DNA of 64,000 nt from Felis catus (Eukaryota), in the NCBI RefSeq assembly GCF_018350175.1, contig NC_058368.1, forward strand, positions 34,412,001-34,476,000, written 5' to 3'. A model generated the notes under the pieces. It searched no databases. It saw nothing but the letters and a program-made list of their open reading frames with translations, and was not told where the DNA came from. This document shows, piece by piece, positions 38,341 to 50,269 of this stretch (position 1 is its first letter; the number at the start of each line of letters is the position of its first letter). The position numbers were made by a program, and so were the translations under genes.

Positions 38341-38772
38341 AATCCTAATTATTGGAGCCAGGGCAATCACCTTAGACCAAATAATGTGAAGAACTGCTAA
38401 AAAGTCACCTAGCTAATCAAAAACTCAATCTTTCTTTTCAATCAACAGATGCTACTTTTTGAAAGCCTCCTTTCATAAAATTTATTTGGAAATTTCTAAA
38501 ACAATCTACCAATTTACACATAAAATAATAAGTATTTTTCACTTATGATTTTTGCCTCATGGCAACACCCAAGACATACTTGTTCATATCTATGAAGAAA
38601 ATGTAAGCGTGTTACAATAGTGCTAGACATTATTTATTTATCAGCATTACAGCAACAAGAAATTAAAACTAAACCAAGCCAAGATGAAAGTACATAGCTA
38701 CTAAAATAATGCAGGGGATCCCCTTGCTAGATGTGATGTGCTTGCCTGGACAAATAAATGATGTATTGGGAT

Positions 38773-38781
38773 ATACATACA

Positions 38782-38812
<31 letters not shown>

Positions 38813-38830
38813 GTACATACACACATATAC
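38773..38830. repeat. (TACA)n microsatellite
   Basis: Directly visible. Confidence 0.95.
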
Positions 38831-38909
38831 AGACAGTGATTCTGTACCTGATCGTGAAGAGAAATTCACACTTAGTATGCTGAGGTAGAAGGCAAAATTA
38901 TCAAAGCAG

Positions 38910-39180
38910 TAGACATAAAAAGTAAACATGATACAATATCCCAGACTGAATACAAGAACAGAAGAAAAAAAGACATTAGATAAAAACTAATAACAATGTA
39001 TTTTAGTTGATAATTTATCAAGGTAAGTTTATAAACTGTAACAAATATCCTAAGTCAAGATGTTAATAATAAGGAAACCGAGTATGAGGAATTTTCTACA
39101 CTTCACAACATCACAGTATTTTAAAAATCCAAATGTATTCTAAAATGAAATGTTTGTTAGAAAGAAAACAGAAACAAAAA
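38910..39180 (+). mobile_element. L1MC/MD-type extreme 3' end
   Basis: 'aagatgttaataataaggaaacc...attctaaaatgaaatgttt' plus A-rich tail. Confidence 0.65.
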
Positions 39181-40097
39181 AAATGGCTGATACTTTCATC
39201 CCTAGTAGGGTGTGTATGTTTTTGCTAACTTTGGTGTGTTTTTATTTAACAAGAATTGCAGTTGAATATAATTGCATTTTAAAACATAACTAATAGCTAT
39301 GAAAGATTTTGATACTTGGGGAAAACACACAATTTCTTTGTTACCACACAAAAAAGAAAGCACCTTCTCTAGATCTAACTATACAATGGACCTAGCATTA
39401 ACTATTGAAAAAAAATGGGGAAACATATTTTAACCCAGCCTTAAAAGGAGATGTATTCTTTGCCAGCTCACAAATCTTTTGGTCCCAGATCTGTGGAGGA
39501 GAAAATGCTATGTAGTTATAATATCCAATTTGGATTTTAAAAAGTAATTATGACATATTACTGAAATTCAATTATATTAATCTGAAGTACTGTTTCTTTT
39601 TCTTTTTAAAAAATATTGCTGTTGTTGAAGAGGTATTAAAGCATGCAATATGACAATATTTTGGTGAAAACAGTTATAGCTAATATTTTTTTTGTAAATG
39701 CTTGAGAAAACTACACTTTTACATTTAGCTCAAAATATTCATGTCATTATACCTATGTGATTGTAGCAATGACAATGTTTATAGCAAAACAATAATTGAG
39801 GCCAAAGATGGTGTTCACACAATTCTAATATATTTTTAGTATTTATGTATCTTTTCACTATTGAGTTAAATTTTCCAAAATATGGTTTTGTCATCTACTA
39901 ATGTCAATAATTGTGTCTGCTCTCTGTATCTCATAGAATACTATAAGGTTAAATAAGCTCAAGTAAATGTATATAAATTATAAAAAAAAAAAAGCACTAA
40001 ACTCTTTTCCTGTTTCTGAAATTCAGATATGTCAACAATTAGTGTAATAACAACAAATGGTTCTCACATTTATATTATGGAATAAAAAATCATTTTT

Positions 40098-40315
40098 GGG
40101 GGCGCCTGGATGGCTCAGTCGGTTAAGCATCCGACATCGGCTCAGGTCATGATCTCGCGGTCCATGAGTTCGAGCCCCGCGTCGGGCTCTGTGCTGACAG
40201 CTCAGAGCCTGGAGCCTGTTTCAGATTCTGTGTCTCCCTCCCTCTTACCCCTCCCATGTTCATGCTCTGTCTCTCTCTGTCTCAAAAATAAATAAACGTT
40301 AAAAAAATTTTTTTT
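40098..40315 (+). mobile_element. Young CpG-rich felid SINE
   Basis: 'gatctcgcggtccatgagttcgagccccgcgtcgggctc'; TSD aaatcattttt. Confidence 0.97.
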
Positions 40316-42209
40316 AAATCATTTTTGAAATAATCTTATTTCAACCTGTCACATTTGCTTCAGTGTTTGATTTAATTGAATAGCAGAACTTTTTGTTTCA
40401 GTGAAACACCTATCTTTTCATAACCACGCAAAAATCATGTCTGGTTTATTGCAAATAATATATGGATTCTTGATCAAAATAAACACGTTTTACTTAAAAA
40501 AAGCACACTAGTATTTATTATGTATTGCCATACACTATCTGCAATGTAATATGTATAGTAAAGGTAGAGATATAGGTAGACATAAGGTTGGAAGGAAGGA
40601 AGGGAGGGAGGAAGAAGGAAGAGAAAGGAATTCATACATCTGTATATTTTTATGCATGTGTACATTTCTGTGTATATAATTATGTACTAGGGATAAGTAA
40701 GCAAGTAACTCTCTATATTTATGAGCTTTATCCCTAATTGTATTATTGATGAAAGAAAGCCTTTGGGAAAAAATCATTTTGGCATTTTAGATTCCTGCTG
40801 AGAGAATGGGGATTAAAGAATATACTTACAGAAAAGAAGGAGGAGGTAAAAACTAATTAGTAATTATAGCTTATGAATATTTACAAATTAAAGTTACTTT
40901 GTAGACCTTCAAGTCTTATAAAAAATGCTCACTATGCAGAAGACGTTCTTTTGGAAAAAAAAAATAGTACTAAATAAGAACCATTCTGTACCATGCTCAG
41001 AATCCAGCGATTTAAAAATTAATTTAAGATCAGTCATAAGATTTCCTTCTAAAGATTTTAGATAGGTAACCAAGTGATTTGGTATCCTTTATCTATTTTA
41101 TAGAGTGTTGGGCCTAGTGTTGATAATCATTGAGATAGTTTCTCCTGGTGTATAAATGATTCATCTGAAGGAGGTTAAGTGCTTTGGGGAACCTTTATTA
41201 ACTTTTCCAGGAGCCAAGTGTATCATTTAACAAATGGTTACTGCCTCTTCCCATCAAAAATGGCCATTACAACCAAGTTATGTATCGTATGTCAAGTTAA
41301 TATAGTTCTTATTTTGTTGATTGAGCTAGAAAGATTAAGAACCTTTCCCAAAAAAGGATAAAATGAAGCAGTAAAAAACTGGGACCAAAACTTAAGTCTA
41401 AGGCCACCCCGCGGTGCTTAAGAAGTCTTTAGCTCACATTCCCTTCACATTAGCAGACTTCACTTCAGTATACTGCCTTATTTCACAGTATTTACCAATC
41501 CACAAAGAGAGTCAAAGCATTAAGAAATGTGGTCTTCATTGTCGATCAGAAGAGCCAATTACAACTTCTAGTAAATCCCTGTCTAAGTCACTGAATTGCA
41601 AGGCAAGCAAAAAAGTCGCTTCTCCAGGGTATGCCTTTTCAGCAAGATTTGACAACTTACAGAGAATTATCTGAAATGGATGATCACGATCATTATGTGT
41701 CTATCATACAAGTGCTAAATGGATGTGTACTACATACATCCCATAAGAACAGGAAAGACATTTTAAGGATATTGGATTACAATGATTTCAGTGACTTTGT
41801 AAACTCATAAGCAGATATTCAAGACAATCCTGTCTTTTACTCTAACCTAGGCAAACTAAAGTCCAGTTTAAGAGTTATCATTTTAACTTCTGTAGCATAT
41901 TCATCTATGTTGAACAAAAACTATCTTAAACACATACATTTGAAGCAGTTCAGAAACTTTAGAATTCCACAATTCCTGATACAAAAGAGACAAAAGAATA
42001 ATTACTTCAAGTCTAATAATTATATTTATCATACGATTTATGCAACAAATTGAGTCACTAGAATTGAATATACACTAGTTAGTTTAATGTAACTTATTGT
42101 AAGAAAGGGAATGACTCTGGCTACCAATTTTATTATTGTTGCAGTATGTTTAAATAATGCACTTACTTCTGGGAAATAAAATTCAGATCATTTTAAATTA
42201 TATTTTCTA

Positions 42210-42418
42210 GGGGCGCCAGGGTGGCTCAGTCAGTTAAGCGTCTGACTTTGGCTCAGGTCATGACCTTGTGGCTCACGAGTTTGAGCCTCGCATCAGGCTC
42301 TCTGTTGACAGCTCAGATCCTGGAGCCTGCTTCAGATTCTGTGTGTCCCTCTCTTTCTGCCCCTTCCCAGCTCACACTCTGTTTCTCTCTCTCTCAAAAA
42401 TAAATAAAATTTTAAAAA
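42210..42418 (+). mobile_element. CAN-SINE
   Basis: Head 'ggggcgccagggtggctcagtc'; TSD aaat(t/c)atattttct. Confidence 0.96.
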
Positions 42419-42434
42419 TCAAATCATATTTTCT

Positions 42435-42850
42435 TTTTTTATATATATATATGAAATTTATTGTCAAATTGGTTTCCATACAACACCCAGTGCTCATCCC
42501 AAAAGATGCCCTCTTCAATGTCCATCAAATACCCTCCCCTCTCTCCCACCCCCCCATAAACCCTCAGTTTGTTCTCAGTTTTTAAGAGTCTCTTATGCTT
42601 TGGCTCTCTCCCACTCTAACCTCTTTTTTTTTTTCCCTTCCCTTCCCCCATGGGTTTCTGTTAAGTTTCTCAGGATCCACATAAGAGTGAAAACGTATGG
42701 TATCTGTCTTTCTCTGTATGGCTTATTTCACTTAGCATCACACTCTCCAGTTCCATCCACGTTGCTACAAAGGGCCATATTTCATTCTTTCTCATTGCCA
42801 CGTAGTATTCCATTGTGTATATAAACCACAGTTTCTTTATCCATTCATCA
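42435..42850 (-). mobile_element. Young felid L1 (L1_Fc-like) 3' end
   Basis: Reverse complement of the 21681-22083 copy; TSD atcaaatcatattttct at 42418-42434 and 42847-42863. Confidence 0.96.
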
Positions 42851-43560
42851 AATCATATTTTCTATAGATGTCATCAGAAGTATAATTTTGATTATACATT
42901 TATGATTGTACCAGCTTTTTTACAATAGGTAGTAACTGACCAAGTAATAAGGGACTTAAATTAGAAATAACAGAAACCTTGATCTCTTAGGTTGCATTTA
43001 AATGTCACTTAAGATTTAAAATTCTAATTTTCTATGAAATTCATTACTTTTTTTGATTTTGGAGAAGACCTATTATGGTGAAGTCAAATTTTACTGTCTT
43101 GAGCATATCCATGGAACAAGAAGCAGATAATACTGATTATGGCAGTTATTTATAAAGCTAGAATGAGTATAACTTTTGTCACTGCTCAAGTATGAGTTCA
43201 GAAAGATACATGAGATCAACTTACTGTTCTCTTATACCAAAGGAGCATTTCAAAAATTAAGGTATGTTTGTGTCAATGGTAACCAAAATACATTTCTAGA
43301 ACCAGGTAATTTTCTGAGAAATTTTAATCAGAAACATTTAATTGTCTTTCTCATAGATTTCCACAGTCAAAAAAAAAAAAAGGCGTGTGTCATATTTTTA
43401 TGTGTTCTGTTAGTTCAGAAGTCTTAAAGGAAGTGACAACCAAGGAGCAACAAGCATACCTAGCACCGGATCTTGGTTTTTAATTCTGTTCTCCAATAAA
43501 AGGAACAGGGACCCTTGCAGCAATGGTTGATTCTAAGCTGGGGCAAAAAATATACAAGAA

Positions 43561-43673
43561 TGATGAGCACTAGGTGTTACATGTGAGTGATGCATCACTA
43601 AATTTTACTCCTGAAACCAATATTCCATTATGTGTTGACCAACTAGAATTTAAATAAAAATTGGGGGAAAAAA
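43561..43673 (+). mobile_element. Very short carnivore L1 3' tail
   Basis: 'tgatgagcactaggtgttacatgtgagtgatgcatcactaaattttactcctgaaaccaatatt...aactagaatttaaataaaaa'. Confidence 0.88.
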
Positions 43674-44433
43674 GCTTAAAAATGTGCATACCTGCAGGAA
43701 ACAATAACCGCTCACCCAGGAACTTATTCAAAGGAATCAGTCAAAGCGTTTTGCATGGACTTGGCCACAGAATCCTCATCTCTGGATTGTTTACAGTAGG
43801 GGAAACCAGAAATTACCTAAATATCCGATAGTAGTGAGTTGGTCAAATAAATTGTGCTATTTCCATACAGTGAAATCCTATGTAGCTACTGAAGATGTAG
43901 AAGAATAATGAACCTATTCATTATAGAATATATTAAGAATACATAGAATAGAATATATTAGTAAAAAAAGAAAAAACTTATGGAAGAGCATATAGAATAC
44001 ATAGAAAAGAAGACTGAACAGTTGTGATAAAAGGTTAATAGTGATTACCTCTGAGTGTTAAGAAAACAGGTGACTTTGGGGGAGCCTAGGTGGCTCAGTC
44101 AGGTGAGTACCTGACTTTGGCTCAGGTCATTATCTCACAGTTCGTGAGTTTAAACCCCGCATCAGATGCTATGCTGACAGCTCAGAGCCTGGAGCCTGCT
44201 TCAGATTCTGTGTCTCCCTCTCTCTCTGTTCCTCCCCTGTTAATGCTCTGTCTCTCTTGCAAAAATAAATAAACATTAACATTTTTTAAACACACAAAAA
44301 TAAAATAAAAAATAAAAATAAATAAAAATAAAAGAATACGGGTGACTTTTATGCTCTCCTTTTTTGGATATCAGTGCTTTTTACATGGTCTATAATAAAC
44401 ATATTATTTTGTTAAAGAATAAAAAAAATAATA
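43674..44433 (+). mobile_element. Highly diverged L1ME-like 3' segment (candidate transduced flank)
   Basis: 'gaaattacctaaatatccgatagtagtgagttggtcaaataaattgtgctatttccatacagtgaaatcctatgtagc' and 'gttaatagtgattacctctgag'. Confidence 0.65.
44078..44331 (+). mobile_element. CAN-SINE
   Basis: TSD aagaaaacaggtgacttt (44060-44077) / aagaatacgggtgacttt (44332-44349). Confidence 0.95.
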
Positions 44434-44889
44434 ATATGAAGCAGTTTGTAGTGCCAGAAGGTAAGAAAGTGCTCAACAAAACAAATTTAACAACAAAACA
44501 AATCCATTGATGAGGGGATGGTGAATGAGCACAGGAGCCAATTGAAATAGTTAATAATGGTCAAAGCTGAAAATTTTGAGCAACCAAATAAAATAGTATT
44601 GGATTATAACATAAAATACAAAATATATATCCATGAGTCCATACTGATATACATTAAGCTTTAAATAAATTAAGAAATAAGAGAGAAGGGATAAATCTTC
44701 CATGCATTTTATATTGCTATTCCATCCTCAAGGAGGAAAAACATGACACTTCAGTCTTAAGGTACAATCTGCACATAGGGACTCCAAAGAATATAGAATA
44801 TAGAAAAAACAAAAGGAAGAAAAAAAAAGCTATGACTCTACATTGCATATAATCCTGACCCTGGATTGCTCAGTTATTTATCATATTTA

Positions 44890-45845
44890 TGAACCCAAGG
44901 TAACCTCCTTGCTAGAGAATAAGTGGCTCATTAGTAATCTTTGACATACAGAATCACAATTACTCAAGTTATCATCAGTGGTGGGGAGAAATAGGGTCAA
45001 ATCTAAAGGCCAAGCATTGGGTGGTCAAGTGGTGTTTATTTGCTATAATATCAAAGATGCTACAAAGACTAGAGGGTGTGCTAACTCTTTCTGACTACTG
45101 GAAATCATAGTAAAAGAAATAATAATTTCAAAGTCACGAACTGTCAACTCAAGACAAGGATAGAGAAGTAGAAAGCTTCCATGGGAGCATTAAAAAAGAA
45201 AATCTCTTGTCTTCTAGAAATAGGTGGGTAGAAACAGCTAAAGTCCCAAATCTGATTTTGAGTGTAGCAAACTGTCAATGCCAGTTAAAAACATAATCTT
45301 ACTGAAGTTTATATGCTGACGTTAAGGTAACAATCTTGAAGAATTAGGACCTGAGACTTACAATTGGGACATTTTTGACACAGACTTAATTCACAACTCG
45401 TCTTGAAAATTCCATGCATGTGGAAACAATCTCTGTTCCTTTTTCTATAGAAACCAGCCTTCTCTGACATGAAGTGCTTTCAAGGACTTCATTAGGAGCA
45501 GGTGACTCTGATTCACAGTGTTTGCCCATTCCATTCAAGATCTATGTCTCACCACCCCTCAAGATTCCTATGAAAGTTAATCTCAGCATGGCACAGAGGG
45601 AAAACTGCAATGTCAGCTCTAGGAGGAAGTAGAGTATTCCAAGAATTGTAGGATCTTGATAGATCATTTCAACAGGATTCTAGTTTGGAAATGGGTTTCA
45701 TAGCCATTAGAAGAAACAAGAAGATTAAATATAAGACTAGGTCAGACGTTCAACTGGGACTTGGGATTTAATGTGTAAGCAAATGAGACTAACTCTAACA
45801 TTGCTTGGATTTTTAATTGAAGCCTAGATTCAGAAGTGGCCCTCT
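44890..45845 (+). mobile_element. ERVL internal (gag) relic
   Basis: PNLILSVANCQCQL near 45245 (~QNLILRVAELQRKL); 'gacctgagacttacaattgggacatt' near 45348 (~DPETWNGDIW); end 'gaagcctagattcagaagtggccc' (~EAWTQRWP). Confidence 0.72.
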
Positions 45846-46640
45846 AGAGCATGTGGAGTGAAAGGAAGTCTCACTCATTCTGGTGGGAATGCAAAATGGT
45901 ATAGTCACTTTGGAAGACAGTTCAGCATCTTTCCTAAACTAAATATACTCTTACTATACAAACAATCACACTCCCTTGGTAATACCAAAGGGGAAAAAAG
46001 TATGTCCACACAAACACCTCAACATGGGTGTTCATATCAGCCCTATTCATAATTGCCAAAACTTGGAAGCAATCAAGACGCCCTTCGCTAGGTGAATAAA
46101 CTGTGGTACATTCAGACCATGGAATACTATTCATCACTAAAACAAATTAACAACTAAAAAAAAAAAGAGCTATCAAGTCATAAAAAGACACAGAGGAAAC
46201 AAATGCATTTTACTAAGTGAGAGAAGCCAATCTTAAAAGTTGCATACTACATATTTTGTGATTCCTTATCCAACATTCTGGAAAATGCAAAAGTATGGAA
46301 AAAAATAAAAGTTGCCAGAGGTTTGGGGGAGGGAGGAATGAATAGGTGGAGCATGGAAGATTTTTAGGACAGTGAAAATATTCTCTATAATGGTGGATAC
46401 ATGCCATTTGTCTATGCACATAGCATATACAACACTAAGAGTGAACCCTAATGTAAACTAGAGACGTGAATGAGAAGGATGTGTCAATGCAGGTTCCACA
46501 ATTGTAACACATATACCCCTCTGGTAAAGGTTGTTGATAATGGGGGAGGTTATGCAGATGCAGATGCAGGGAGTATATGGGAAATCCTCTGTACTTCCTT
46601 TTATATTGCTTATATACTGCTCCAAACTAGTCTTAAAAAA
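45846..46640 (+). mobile_element. L1MC-like ORF2 end plus 3' UTR
   Basis: 'tggtgggaatgcaaaatggtatagtcactttggaagacag' and 'agagtgaaccctaatgtaaacta'. Confidence 0.88.
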
Positions 46641-47615
46641 ATGTGGCCCCCCAGTTAATGAATCTGAGATGCCAGAACCTCCTTGAAAATAAATATTAAT
46701 GTCTTGATTAAGGAGAAGAATCCTTGAAAAAATTTGAGGTGGCTATTTTCTTTAGACTGGGATGAAGGTGGGAAATGATGCTGTGGAATTGAGCTCTCTG
46801 ATTTCCATGGGCTTCCATGGGACAGAAAACAGTAGGTGGAATTGCTTAGCTGTTCAAAATTACCAGTGGGGCCGGTGTTAGGTATAATAACATATACAGT
46901 AACAATCACAATGTCTTTCTTTAAAATCATCAGAAGTACAGAATAAAAACAATATTTGGTTAATCTGGTCAGTGGTAAAATGATGTCTTTTGTGGTCTAT
47001 GTTTACTTTTCTGTATCTAAGAATTTTTCAATTTCCTTTTTTATTGTAGAAAAAATACCCACGAGATCTACTCTCAACAACAACAAAGAGTGTAGAGCGT
47101 AGTAGTATTGTTAACTATAAGTTCAATATTGTGCAGTAAATCTCTAGAGCTTTTTCATCTTGATGACTGCAACTCATTTAATAGTGATTCCTTTTTCCTC
47201 CTAGACTTAACCCCTGGTAAGTCTTTCTACTCCAGTGAGTTTGCCTGCTTTAGATACATCATATTGGTGGAATTTGTGCTTCTATGACTTGATTATTCTA
47301 CATAGCATGCCCTTAAGCTTTAGCCATGCAATAGCAGATGATAGGATTTCATTTTTTATGGTTGAATAACATTCCATTGTATGTGTCCATTATCTTAGAG
47401 GAAGAGCTTTCACCTTTTGACGTTGAGTATGATGTTAGCTATGGGAATTTCACATGTGACCTCTACCATATTGAGGTAATTTCCTTCTATTTATAGTTTA
47501 AGTGCTGTTATCATAGAAGAGTTTTGAATTTTGTCAAAAGCCTTTTCTTTATTTATAATTCTGTCATTAAAAATATCTATATATATCAGTATTTTATTTT
47601 ATTGGCTATTAAAAT

Positions 47616-48268
47616 ATTTTTTTAAATTTTTATTCAAATTCCAGTTAGTTAACATACAGCGTAATATTAGTTTCAGATGGACAATCTAGTGACTGAATAC
47701 TTCCATTCAACTTGAGTGCTCACCATAGGTAGTGCCCTCCTTAATCCCCATCACCTATTTACCCATCCCCTCTCCCTTCTGGTAACCATCAGTTCTCTAC
47801 AGTTAAGAGCCTGTTTCTTGGTTTGCCTCTCTCTCTCTCTCTCTTTCTCTTTCCCTCTCTCTTTCCCCTTTGCTCATTTATTTTGTTTCTTAAATTTCAC
47901 ATATATGTGAAATCATACTGTATTTGTCTTTTTCTGATTGACTTATTTCACTTAGCATAATACTCTCTAGCTCCATCGATGTCACTGCAAATGGCAAGAT
48001 TTCATTCTTTTTTATGACTGAGTAACATATAGCACATTTTCCTTATCCATTCATCAGTCAATGGACACTTTGGCTGTTTTCATAATTTGGCTATTATAGA
48101 TAATGCTACTATAAACCTTGGGTATATGTATTCCTTTGAATTAGTATTTTTGTATCCTTTGGGTAAATACCTAGTAGTGCAATTGCTGGATCTTAGTTCT
48201 ATTTTTAACTTTATGAGGAACCTCCATACTGTTTTCCAGTGTGGATGCACCAGGTTGCAATCCCACAA
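47616..48268 (-). mobile_element. Carnivore L1 3' end
   Basis: Same family as 8856-9600 ('aaattccagttagttaacatacag'). Confidence 0.92.
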
Positions 48269-48329
48269 TTTGTTTCACCTTTCCTAGTTTCTTGATGTCT
48301 AGGATTAAATTGTTTATTTAAGAGCTTTC

Positions 48330-48553
48330 TTTTTTTATTGTATATTAATTTTGAGAAAGAGAGAGTGAGAGAGTGCACACATGTGCACATGAGCAGGGGA
48401 GGGGCAGAGAGAGAGGGAGAGAGAGAATCCGAAGCAGGCTCCATACCATCAGCACAGAGCCCTTCATGGGTCTCTATCTCACTAACTATGAATTCATGAC
48501 CTGAGCCAAAATCAAGAGTCAGACCCCTAACTGTTTGAACCACCAAGGTGCCT
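48330..48553 (-). mobile_element. CAN-SINE
   Basis: TSD gagc(t/c)ttctt; SINE body. Confidence 0.93.
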
Positions 48554-49954
48554 CGAGCCTTCTTTTTTTAATATAGGCATTCATCACTAAAATCTTTAGT
48601 CTCAGCACTACTTTTGCCACATCCCATAAATTTTGGTGTTTTCATTTTCCTTTGCCTTATGATATTTTTCAATATCCCTTTTAGATCACTTCTTTTAGCC
48701 CTTGGTTTTCCAGTAGTGTGTTATTTAATTTCCAAATTTATGTAAATTTTTCCATTTTTCTTCTGCTACTGATTTCTAGTTTTATTCCTTTTCACTTCAC
48801 TCTTTTCTCTGAGAGCCCTCTGAGTCCTATTCAATTTTGTTGTACCATGGTCTCCTTGAGCAACCGCATACTGCCCAGCTCTTCTATGTTCTCCATGGTC
48901 CTCAGGCATCTAGAATGCGCCATATCCTGTCAGCACTCTGACACAGGTGAGGTGGGAGCTAATATCTTGAGCTGCCCCAAGAAAATCAGAACATTGGACT
49001 TTTATTAAAATCTCCTCTCCCTTACCAGGGAAAAGCTGACAGTTGGGAGTTTCCTCCAAGTCACAAGCTGGGTCATGTGAAGAAACTATGATGAGATAAT
49101 ACTACCAATTTTCCTATCAGCTTTGATGTGGCTGGTTTCCTGCTTGCTTGGGGGTGCAGGAGCTTCTTAATTGGTTTATGGATTTCTTACAAAGGGAATT
49201 GGTTTATGTATTGTTGAATGGGTGTCTCCAGGGGATGAAGGAGTACCTGGAGCTCCCCATTCCTCCATCTTGCTGATGTCACTCTAAATTTTTTTATAAT
49301 TAAAATATGTTGACGGTAATTATTTAACTAATGGATGTTGGGGGATAGAGAAGCAATATGAATAGCCACTCTTCCTTTCATGTTGATTACTGGAAAAACA
49401 CAATTGGATATTTCTGAATCCCAACATAGCTAATTAAGTATATATATATTTTTTAATTATGGAAGTAGTCAATAGATAAACTTAAATAATGATAAATTTA
49501 AATAATGACATAACTGACATTCCAGAAAAGAGAGAAAAAGGGAAGTAAATAGCAAGTTAAGTGAACAAAATTCCTTATCTTTCAGTGGGGAGGAAAATAA
49601 TTTTAACAAACTGATAATAAGACATAAGCACATTATTTAAAAGTGTGATGATAATTACAGAATAAATACAACCAGAAATAGTTAAAATAGCCAGTTTCAG
49701 GAAATAGGGCTGCTAGTAGTGATGGGAAATAAAGACTTACTTTTACATTTATTTCTCTTTGATATGATTTGACTTTTTTAATAATAGAGTATTACTTTTC
49801 AAATAATTTCAAGTCTGAATACATAAACAATTTGATAAGTATAAAATCTTAGAAATAAATTTTCAATTACCAATTGTTTAACAAAACTCAAATAAAAAGG
49901 TATCAGTACACAGTAAAAACATCAATTATATCAACACTCTTCACCTCTCCTCTA

Positions 49955-50072
49955 TTTTTTTTAAAGTTTATTTATTTTGAGAGAGAGTGAGAGAGCATGA
50001 GCAGGGAAGAGTCAGAGAGAGAGGGAGAAAGAGAGAGAGAGAGAGGGAGAAAGAGAGAGAGAGAGAGGGAGG

Positions 50073-50118
<46 letters not shown>

Positions 50119-50237
50119 CCCAAGCAGGCTCCAAGCTGTCAGCACAGACATGGGGCTCGATCCCACAAACCACAAAATCATGATCTGAGCTGAAATCAAG
50201 AGTTAAACTCTTAACTAACTGAGCCACTCAGGGGCCC
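49955..50237 (-). mobile_element. CAN-SINE with ~135-nt (GA)n expansion
   Basis: GA tract at 49979-50115; head 'gagccactcaggggcccc'. Confidence 0.94.
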
Positions 50238-50269
50238 CTTCTCCTGTATCATTTAATGTAACTGTGTAT

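Larger units (their letters stand above)
43460..44810 (+). mobile_element. Old L1 3' UTR (L1MC/MD-like), split between 43560 and about 44434
   Basis: 'ttctccaataaaaggaac...ggggcaaaaaatatacaaga' resumes as 'gaagcagtttgtagtgccagaaggtaagaaagtgctc'. Confidence 0.75.
47035..49285 (-). mobile_element. Old L1 (L1MA/MB-like) fragments in collinear order: 3' UTR, RT piece, EN piece, 5' UTR
   Basis: 3' UTR 47035-47388, ORF2 47391-47550 and 48269-48790, 5' UTR ending 'ccatcttgctgatgtcactct' (sense CAAGATGG, YY1-like). Confidence 0.7.

Noticed and set aside
40098..40180. tRNA-like A/B boxes
   Set aside because: tRNA-derived SINE heads followed by a CT tract, A tail and TSD; not tRNA genes.
40110..40295. 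Recurrent 'MAQSVK...AQVMIS' ORF family (also 35482, 42221, 44090, 63264)
   Set aside because: These are CAN-SINE translations, not a gene family.
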